Translations under genes and position numbers: made by a program | Shown here: piece after piece, positions 24,005 through 34,063 of the stretch | How the letters are laid out: each line of letters starts with the position of its first letter | How positions within the stretch are numbered: the stretch's first letter is position 1 | DNA from: Balanoglossus misakiensis | Taxonomy: Eukaryota > Animalia > Hemichordata | Length of the DNA: 64,000 nt | Direction of reading: 5' to 3' | Assembly (NCBI GenBank): GCA_040954595.2 | Contig: CM082584.2 | Coordinates: 5,894,110 to 5,958,109 of the forward strand | The notes under the pieces: generated by a model | Told to the model about the DNA's origin: nothing | Seen by the model: only the letters and a program-made list of their open reading frames with translations | Databases searched by the model: none

Positions 24005-24767
24005 GGCTAGTTATACTTTGCGAAACAACGAAACAGCGAAACGAAACAGCGAAACGACGAAACCATTATTAAAATAGGGGCCAGTCATCAAGACGGTGGC
24101 GTATGATTTTTTTAAAAGTTTCCAAATAAGTTCCTGGTCTGCGGCCTGGTACTAGTGGTTGCGCGCCAAAAAAGAATCCCGCCCCAAAAGGTCAATGTAC
24201 GAGTATATTCACAGGGCTAAGGATTAGTTGAAACAAAGCAGTAGTGTCCGTAAGCTTTCGAGGGTCAAACACTGATGGGGGGTAAGAGTAGTAGTTATAT
24301 ATAGAAACACATGTAACGCACACAACACAGTATCATTGTCGAAATTTCTTTATTATCTTAATTGCAATTCATGCCTCCCCGCCTTGTGGTATTTAAGGAA
24401 ATAGTGACAGTTGCTGCCGCATTTTGAGGTTTCGATCTTTTGTGGTTTCGTTGTGCGCGCGCGTATATTCACTGTGTATATGTAGCAGTTTGGCATGAAT
24501 CGTTTGCGCGCACACGACGTCGACTCTACCACTACATAGTACCAGGCCGCAGACCAGGAACTGGCGACCCGCCGTTTGTTTCCAACGCCAAATTTGATTC
24601 TAATGTTGAATTTCCGAGAAAACAATTTATCTGACCTGTAGTTTTCTTGGCTCGCTTACGTTTTAATTTGGAAACTTTTAAAAACATCATACGCCACCGT
24701 CTTGATGACTGGCCCCTATTTTAATAATGGTTTCGTCGTTTCGCTGTTTCGCAAAGTATAACTAGCC
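24005..24767. mobile_element. Non-autonomous TIR element with ~100-120-bp TIRs and 8-bp TSD (Merlin/hAT/P-like)
   Basis: GGCTAGTTATACTTTGCGAAAC...GTTTCGCAAAGTATAACTAGCC, with TAAAATTG duplicated at 23997-24004 and 24768-24775. Confidence 0.85.
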
Positions 24768-24903
24768 TAAAATTGTATCAGAAATATATCTCCCCCCCCC
24801 CCCATTACTGAAACAACCGTAACCTAACTCGTACGATAATGACTGATTAGTAGTGTGTCCAGAGCACACGATTTCCTAGATCATCACAAAATTGCCGCAG
24901 AAA

Positions 24904-24975
24904 TAGCTCTGCGTGGCAGGGCTGTGTTGTTACGGGAGAGTCGCCGTAACAACACAGCCCTGCCACGCAGAGCTA
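24904..24975. mobile_element. 72-bp hairpin MITE with TAG..CTA ends and 9-bp TSD (Academ/Mutator-like)
   Basis: Perfect 32-bp inverted arms TAGCTCTGCGTGGCAGGGCTGTGTTGTTACGG around an 8-nt loop, with CCGCAGAAA on both flanks. Confidence 0.85.
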
Positions 24976-26966
24976 CCGCAGAAATAAAGAACACCCCTCC
25001 CCCACTGGCAAAACGTTTCCCGATTTGGACGGTGAATGAACAAGAGAGGTGTTGTACTGATCTGAGAGTGTCAGATCCCGTGAGGAGTACGGTGCCCAGA
25101 GTACAACATTCCCATGATCATTCCAATTTCCAAAATTGCGCAAATTTTCACCCCCTCCTCCGACGGGCTGAGACTGACACGTGGACAGTCATATATCGGG
25201 TGGAACGTCGTCTGTTTTCTTCTCAGCCCAATCTTAGCGGTCTAGTCCGGACAGTAACTTCAAATCTATCTTCCGAAGTGGAGTTTTTCGGCCAGTGTTT
25301 CCTTCAATTTTTCGCTCGCGGGACGCGTGTGCAGGTTTTCTTCCGAATGCTTCCACATGTGCCACTGAACTGTGCATTTGTTCTTGTATTTCACTCTTTG
25401 TTTGTCAAACGTATTACTGCGCGAATAAAATAACACAAATCAAAACTGGGCTCGACGACTGTTGGAAAGGGAGATGTATAGTATTTACTTTGTTTCTGCA
25501 AAATAATATCAAATGATGCGATGGTATAAAATAAAGTCAAATATTTGAAGGTATTATAAGTTATAAGTACTAGAATCGATTGAGTGCGGAAGTATACGAA
25601 GAAAAGACAAACCTGTGATGTGGCAAGGATTCATCGATTATGAACTGGAGGAGTGGCCGGTACGTCGGTTACGCACGCACACATACACACTGACGAAAAT
25701 AGAGAGAATAGAATCTTAAGTATATGCAATGTACCACATAGGTACGTACGAGAAATAACATTTTAAACGCCTGTCATGATTTGATTTGATTCATATTCTG
25801 TAAGCAATATTCGGGTACATTTAATTGTCCCTCCATTTTGTCACCTTCATTTTTCGTGACGTAAAATGGCCATTCCCGTCGCGTCGCTGGCTGCGCTAGC
25901 GATATCGCCAGCAGACAAGGGAGCTGTCATTATTTACGGGCGGGGGAAGTATTGAAGACAAATTTGAATGCTTGAGGGGGGGGGGGGGGAGTTCTCAAAA
26001 CGTGAAGATGAAGAAGGGCACTCATTTTTTGGAAATGTATGAAAGTATTTAACTGAAATATTTAGTAGTTTTCAGGTGGCACCGCACTCGGTGAAGAAAA
26101 AAATTGCTAATAAGTTTTTCCTAGTGATTCGTTTTGGGGTTATTTTTGCAGCCTAGCCAACTTATTCTTGTAACATTGGCTGGATTATCTGTTCAAAGTG
26201 GCCGGCCACAGGTTGGCGTCATGTAAGCTAATGAAGTGACATTAGCTCCAATGTAAACAGGGGAGCTGAGAGAAATAAAGGACATCAGTCTACATGTACA
26301 TGTGTACACAGATTTTATTCAAGCTAAGTTTTCTTTATTATTTTGTATATGTACATATTAAAAAGCAATTATGTACACATATACACTTATGTAATAAAAA
26401 ACATACACATAGATAATATTCACAATAATCCTAAAAATGATCTAAGCCTCATGATTGTCCAACTGTATGGACCTGTAACAGAATACTACATACAAGCCAA
26501 TCACTCACACATATCAGACATAACATAGTGTTATTACATTGAGGTAGAAGTACATTACTTTTTTAAAGTAACAATAACAAAATTGACAAAACAATAACAA
26601 TATTGAATGTGATTCATGGATACCTTAAAAATACTGTATATAAGAGACATGTACTACTGACATCAACAAATGTCCCATCAAAGTTTTTTTATATAAATAT
26701 AAGAATATAAATTTTCATATATACAATGTATTTTCTTTAATACATGTAGTAGAATAGTAGGACCATTGCTTAGATTGTTATAATTTATGAATGTAGACAG
26801 TGATATGAAATACACACACTTTACAAATATACAGAGTTTTGGAAAAAAAATTAAAAAGTACCATTTGTCAACTCTTAAAATGCAACCAGTGTTTGTACCA
26901 GTTGCCATATCATTTTGTCACTGTACCAGTTGGATATTGACACCCATTGGTAGAACACTCATAGAT

Positions 26967-27012
26967 TGAGTGAGTGAGTGAGTGAGTGAATGAGTTGTGT
27001 TGAGTGAGTGAG
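26967..27012. repeat. (GAGT)n microsatellite in the presumed 3' UTR of the TIR gene
   Basis: Direct reading of the sequence. Confidence 0.85.
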
Positions 27013-27134
27013 TAAGTTATTGATATCATGTAAAAATGTTGTCATGAACATTTCCCGTTTTACAGTACTACACAGTAGGCCCACTGAGCTGCAATGTGTG
27101 TTCGTAGCCACCATTTTCACTCAATAGGAAATTC

Positions 27135-30100
27135 CTACAGTAAACCACATGCATTGCTTCTTCTCTGCTTTTGCCTCTTTGGTGACATTGCTTTCTGACT
27201 ATCGTCTGATTTCAGTTGTGAACTGCCTGCCCCAGTGTCTTCAACAGTTGTAGACTCATCACTTTCTTTCTGATCACGCATACTTGGGGAGCCCGTTGGT
27301 GAAGTCACACTGTCTCTGGACAAGTCTGATTTACCATCGAGGAGAAACTGGATCAGAAGAACATGAAAAGATACATTTTAAAAGCATGGAATTACCCTAT
27401 TGGTTCTACTTCTATGGGAGGGGGTAATATACAAACTGTGATCAACAGAACAGGTGGTGATCACTTCAACTGGCAATGGAGAGTACAGCAGACATGCAAG
27501 TACTAGAAAGTACAATGGTCCATGCGATGGATAAATTCTGTAATAACATTGGTGTTTACTGTATGTTGGATGTAAGACAAGGTCTGTACCCCTTTGAAGT
27601 GTATATGTAGGTCTGTTTATACAACCTCTCTCTAATCTATACTTTTGACTCATCTATTTGTGATGGTCTGCTGTATTTCGAGTTGATTTTTATTTCAATA
27701 ATTGATTGATTGATTGAGTGAGTGATTAATTGATTGGTTGGTTGGTTGGTTGATTGATTGATTGATTGAAATATAAGAATATCAATTACCTTCTCAGCTC
27801 TTGCAACAAACTCTGCATTTTGCATCTGCAAAATGTCATTTTTCATCTTGACTACATTATGTATAACAATGTTACCTCCCTTGTTGTCTTCATTCTTGTC
27901 ACTGAAAAGTAGAAACGTGATAATAGTATGAATTTAAGCATGGAATGGGTCCAGAAATGTAATTTTGGCACAAAAAATGTCTTTGCTGTTTTCCAAAATT
28001 TTCTCTTAGAAGTAGTGTTTTCCATACCAAGAATTCCAGAAACTGAAATTTCATGATTTTTAAAAGGCTCCTGATCAAAGTACCTCATTAACACTTGCCC
28101 AATGAAATCCCACTCTATGTAAATAACCACAGAAATAACCAGACAGAATTTCTTACCTGAAGTACATTCTCTCCAGTAATATGTCAGAAGCCCGGAACAA
28201 AGCAACAGATGCCTCTTCTGAAACACTGCTGGCAGTTTTCCCGTGGTCTTTCATCGATACGAGATGCAGGTTCAGCTGATCGCTCAGAATCTCTCTCCAC
28301 AGCCTGTCCTCCACACACACCACATAGGGAATCAAATGCAGGAACGTCGGTCTGGCTGGCAGTTTGCTCAACAGAATCGGGAAGACGACGGGCGACTGCT
28401 TGGTCTTTCTGTGCCTGGAGAGCGCGATCTGTAACTCTTCGTGTTGACTGACCGACTCCATGTAGGCAACGGACACTAGAGGCACGATGATCTTGGCGGC
28501 GTCCAACACCACGATCTGCTCGTGGTCCTCCGAAATGTCGTCATTTAACCTGAGCGAGGGCGCCCTCCGTTTCAGGATGTGCATCAGGAACCTGGCATAT
28601 TTGGCATCCTCTTTCGTGTAGCTGATGGCGATATCACAGACGCCGTCTCCAGATTGGCCATCTGTCGGGATGGACAGGCTATCTTTCACTTGCTCTTTGA
28701 CGTTGTACTTGCTTTTGTACAAAGCTGAGCGGTAGTCTTCAGTCAGCTGACCAATGTCAATGTTTTCATACATTTCGTCCTGGAAGAGAATGTAGCAAAA
28801 GTGTTATCATAAGGAAACTTCAATGAAATTTTAGTACGCTGTAAATTCCTCTTAGGAACTGGCTGTTTAACCCTTTCACTCCCAGTTCCCTCTTTAGAGA
28901 TCCAACCTTACCATAGAAAACAATGGGTTTGGACTGAACCATGGTGATGAAACGATTAAAGGGACAAAGTCTCTCTCTCGCTCCCCTTTTCCCATTAATT
29001 ATGTTTTTACTCATATATCTACAAGCAGCGTGGAAGGTGTGTGTGGTTGAACGTTGATTCACTATATATCCACATGAACATTAACATAAATGGTGTCTTG
29101 TATCAAACATAATTAATAGGAATAGGGCAGTGAGAGAGAGAGACTTTGTTCCTTTAAACTGACTGGGGTGCAGGCATTAGAAAACATTTCTGCCTTTAAG
29201 ACTATGTCATACCTGTATCTTCCTGAATATTGCATGGCCACTGTTGGATTTTCCTTTCAGCCAGTTTACAACTTGAGGACAAATGTCATCGACAACTTGA
29301 TGGTAATTTTTGCCGACTGCATCCACCATTTTGACAGCTGTGAACTCAGCAGTGATGTCTGCTAAATCTTCCATGCAGATTGTTATTAGCTGTAGGTCAC
29401 TGTTCTGTGGGTGTATAAGACAGAATTTCCATGATACATCACATAACAAAATTGGTATTAAACATATGTGGATTAACGAAGATGTATGAACGGTAAAATT
29501 TAAAGGGAAGCGGTCGTCGCGCTGTGTGGGTATGCCTCCCTTGATGAGAATAAGTCCTCCCTTACCAGCACAAACCTCACTGCAGTCACCACAACCTACA
29601 TGTATTAGGATCTTCAGTTGCAGTTGCCAGGTCTATGCTATGGTTGGCTGCTGCATACATTATAAGAATCATCTAATTTCAGGGGTTTGTTGATGAATGG
29701 TAATGTTTATAAACAAACAAGTGCGGCGCGATGACCCCTTCCCTTTAAAGTACTGTCATTTCTTTAAACGGCTGATTTTTCAATTCTCCTTTTTACCCAA
29801 TCTTTGCAAAGTGTCTGATTACAGTATTCTGTCAGTTCTATCATTAATTTTTTAATTACTAGCCAACTAAACTCACCTTACAGGAGTGTTTTGCCAATGC
29901 CAAGTTGTATTCCTCTTGACAAACAGCTGATTGTAAATAATCATTGGAGATACATGCTATCATACATCGACTGCCATCAATGGCTTGGTACAGTGTCTCT
30001 TGCCAGGCAGTGCCTATGGTATGTTCAGAAGATGACATAGATTAATATGCATATACAAAATTGACATTGTACTCAGTGATTGTAAGCATACACATACATC

Positions 30101-33100
30101 AATCAAGTGGAATCACTGGGAACTGACTACTGTATATGTATGCCATTGCCACAGTGAGACAAAACATAAAATGCACAGGGCAGTGTGCAGTAATCTTGTA
30201 ATATTTTGATTGGTCATACATGTATATCCTGTCTTTTTGCTCTTCAAACACGTGTACAATATAGGTGCAGAGGTGTTGTAATACATGTAAAGGTCTGCTG
30301 AGACACTGCACACTGACAAAAAATGTACCAATGCCTTTTTGGAGGGCTATGACTCAAAACTCAAATCTGATTGGTTAAGTGGAAATCATCACTTTGTGTG
30401 CACCTGGTTAGCATTACACTTTCAAGAGAAATTTGCTAAATAGAGAAAACTGGGGTAGCCTGCTTTACAGCCCAGCCATGTGGGTTTTTTTATTATCAAT
30501 AAACTGTGACAATTATTTATATATTTATCAGAAAATAGGAGGCTCAAAATAGGTAAGCCAGGATAATTTGTACAAAGAACATTACTATTTAAATTTTATT
30601 TAGGAAAGAATAATGTCATCATATATATGTACAACCAACCTGTTTTCAGCTCATCTGTATCAAAGAAAATCTTCAAATTAGGATCGAGGTCATTCAGTCT
30701 GTTCCTGATTTTCAGAACTTGCTGACTGTTCTTGTGAGAGTAGGAAATGAAGACGTCGTATTTCAATTCATCTTTTTGCTTTTTCTTTGTTTTCTTCACA
30801 GAAACCATGGAAACCTCCAGTGTCAAGGCAACCACGACTTGTTTACTTGCTGCTACGAGTTTGTCAACATCATGGTAACTACAACAACAGACAAAATGTG
30901 TAATAAATAGTCAATCATGAGAAGTAAAATAAAATTAAATACCCAAATTTTTGACAAGCAGTTGAAAAAAGGCATTAATTTATCATATATTTTTTACACT
31001 TGCATTGTACTTCATGAAAGGTTTTCCACATTTAAGCAACAGTATTTGGTTTTGTATAGTCAGCATTGTTATTGTAAAAAATTTGAATTAAGTCCGGACT
31101 AGAATTAATTCATCAACAATAACAATAACAGTTCTACACATACAGGGTGTGTTGACAAGCAGAATACTGGATATATTAGCTTGCTGTTTGGATTAAGGCA
31201 AGGAATTACTTAATGTATGCAAATGAAGGCTAAAATCCTTGGGTCCAATTGTTCATCTTACCTGCAATTGACATACTGCACAAGTCCCATGTATGTTGGT
31301 AAAAATTCAATCTGTTCCACATAGAATGGCGCCAAAAGATGTCTCTCTGTTTTGCGGTTAACACACAGTGCTATATTGTATTGCTCTGTACATCTGGCAG
31401 ACTCCAAGTACTTTGGACTTAAAACTGCAACAAAAGAAATTTATGTACAACAAAGAATAAATTTGCAGAAAAAAATCAGCATCTCTTGTTTCAACAGAGA
31501 TTCAATGCAAGAAGAAGCACATATATATATATGTACATGGTGACTGTATTTGTCATTTCAGCATTCTTGTCACAAAGTAGTAGAATTTGGGGGCATTGGT
31601 GTTTACCATACACGTACAGATGCATTCAGTTTTTACCTGGAATAATCTTTGCACATTTTATCATAATTTTGTAGATGCTATCCTGCCAGACTTCATTTTC
31701 ATCTAAATCTTGTTTCTCTGAGAATATCCTGACGTCGTTTTTCTCTTTTTTCAAAAATTCTTCAATCTGCTTGGCAACAAGAACGTCTTGCTCGCTGAAG
31801 GAAATGTAGACATCAAATTCCAATGTTGTCTCCTGCAATAAATATGTACAAAAGAAATCACAGATTACATATATGTGCTTTCCTACATAATGGTTAAGGC
31901 GTCCAGATCCAGGCATGAAAAGTATGTAACAAAATCGCTGACTGGCAACCTTATTTGATTGTATCACAACACAAATTAATGTGCTGCACCTGTACACAAT
32001 TGTACATTGTTCAATGCCTTACAATATACTAGTAATACACCCTCTACATTATCATCTGTGAGGACTATTATTGACAAAATATGTTGGTCACCATTGCTTT
32101 AGAATATGTGTAAGACAATACACTGACTAGAGGGGAGTGTTGGAAATGTTCTAATACTTTTCAGTACGGTAGAATTTTCACTGAGTCAGCAATTTGCTCC
32201 AAAGTCAGTTGTGTATGTAGGTTTCTGGCCATTTTCTGTACTCTTGTCCTTTGTGAATGAATGAATGAATTATATGATTCGTTTGGTTGGTTGTTTGTTT
32301 GTTTGTTCGTTTGTTTGTTCGTTGGTTCATTCATTCATTCATTCATTCATTCATTCATTCATTCATTCATTCATTCATTCATTCACACTAACCTCCTCTT
32401 CAGGTTCTGCTTCTTCATACTCTTTCTTCAACTCGCTGAACAAGTGCAGTGTATTTTTGAATTCATTTCCGAAGTTTGGCCTTGTATTCTCATCTTTCAC
32501 AAGCCGCGTGAAGAGGACAATTTTCAACACTCTCAGAGGGAGTCCCGCTTTCATCCAGTTCACAGCAGCTGTTACCATACTCTTCAACATCACAGTTTTA
32601 GAGTGACCCTGAAAAAAGACAAAAAATAATAATAAACTAAGTCCAGTGTTATGTTCATTGTCTAATTAAAGTTCTAATTCAACCGTGTATTCCATATCCT
32701 CATCACAGAACAATGTTTAGGTAGAGGACTATACCCAGAGGTAGTGTGTGGCTGTCGCATTCCAATGCTTAGCATGTAAATTTTTGAGAAACTATTTTAT
32801 ATTATGGAAAAAAGCTGCCAGGTGATCACAACTAGATAAATAAACCCTTGTGGCAAATATTTAAGACAGAAATCAAATTCCGTTGCTGTGTCAGGCCATG
32901 ACATATTGCCCTGTGTTACAAATCTACATGCATCTGTGCTCGCACTGGACACAGACCTGTAAACAAGCCCCTATACAATCCACATGTCAGCTTTCCTGTA
33001 TAAGAGGGTTGTGTCGAGGTTTGATTCAGCCATTTACTATTTCATTTTACATACTATCATAGTAATACCTGATCTCCTGTAGCTAACAGAGGTGTTATAA

Positions 33101-34063
33101 CACGCCCATCTTGGTTGTTTAGTATCGGTACTAAACATCTAAACACATCACTAACAAATTCAGCTGGATGACCAAGTCTTCTCCTGAAAATGAATTTAAA
33201 ATACAATAATATGTCACTCAAAGAAGAAAAACGTGATGTGTATAATCGGATCATGTTTTATCAAAGCCTGGTGGTAATAGAGGCTTGAAGCTTGTGCAAG
33301 CTAACACACTATCTTAGGAAATTTGAATTTAGGCAAAATACATGCATAGGCTGAAATTACACACGTGTCACTATTAACAGTGTACATACTGTCTGTCACC
33401 TTATCCATTATAGAATTTTAATTGTTATAGAAACCTACAGACAACTTTTGTGACAGCAGCACCCTGCAGGCCAGAGTATTGTGTGAGAATGCAACTTACC
33501 GATTGCTTTCAAAGCAAAGAAGCCGACGGAATGGATACTGATCAGGTAGCCTGCGTGACCACCAACAACAGTACAGTCGTCTCAAATCCTCCTCCTTATC
33601 CTTAGATAACTCACGAACGCTCAGACCCAAGTTCATTTGCAGTGCGCCAATCATTGAAGTCGGAGTAGCTGTGTAGTCACCTGAAGCATTAAGTAAAACG
33701 AAAACCCTGAGGAACACATTCTGTTACATGTATCACACAATTACTAAATCCTCAGTATGCACTAGCTGATGCATCCATGTTGTAACTAAGCATTGACACA
33801 TAAATGTTTACATTGACAACGCAGTCTTCAAAGTAGGCTGTCTTTTATCATTGGTTAAAATTCATGTATCTGTGTCCTTTCCAAGACGCATTCTCGTCAA
33901 TGACGATCGCACATTGACACCTACCTGGGAACGCGGACACAAACAAGACATCGACCCCTTCCGTTTTCTTCAGCTTGGTGATATCTCCAAAACACAGGTC
34001 GATTCTACATTCGCCAGTCTGGGTTTGAACTCGTATCGAGTCTTCTGTGTATAAAGCAGACAT
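27135..34063 (-). CDS. Macrodomain-like + three TIR domains + polybasic CaaX tail, ~841 aa, 12 coding exons
   Basis: Phase-consistent GT-AG exons: 34063-33925, 33680-33500, 33183-33069, 32608-32393, 31832-31637, 31424-31262, 30878-30640, 30013-29877, 29404-29213, 28779-28157, 27901-27790, 27347-27135 (2526 nt). The N-terminal IDLCFGDITKL..VDVLFVSAFP..ITPLLATGDQG..LKIVLF is macro-like. TIR box-1 motifs are FDVYISFSEQD, YDVFISYSHKN and CDIAISYTKED. The C-terminus is KRQKQRRSNACGLL*. Confidence 0.85.
27700..27770. repeat. (ATTG/GTTG)n microsatellite, intronic
   Basis: Direct reading of the sequence. Confidence 0.85.
28960..29153. mobile_element. TTAA-flanked MITE (Kolobok-like), intronic
   Basis: TTAA|AGGGACAAAGTCTCTCTCTC ... 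GAGAGAGAGACTTTGTTCCT|TTAA. Confidence 0.75.
29504..29744. mobile_element. TTAA-flanked MITE (Kolobok-like), intronic
   Basis: TTAA|AGGGAAGCGGTCGTCGCGC ... GCGCGATGACCCCTTCCCT|TTAA. Confidence 0.75.
32280..32385. repeat. (GTTT)n/(ATTC)n compound microsatellite, intronic
   Basis: Direct reading of the sequence. Confidence 0.9.

Noticed and set aside
24855-25433. 192-aa ORF
   Set aside because: It runs through a hairpin MITE and degenerate satellite units and has no recognisable domain.
32261-32629. ORFs with FIHS repeats
   Set aside because: They come from the (ATTC)n microsatellite plus the antisense of TIR-gene exon 4.
27135-34063. Bacterial contamination or very recent horizontal transfer as the source of the macro-TIR gene
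   Set aside because: The gene has 11 canonical spliceosomal introns, host-type MITEs and microsatellites, and a eukaryotic CaaX tail. Any bacterial relationship must be old.
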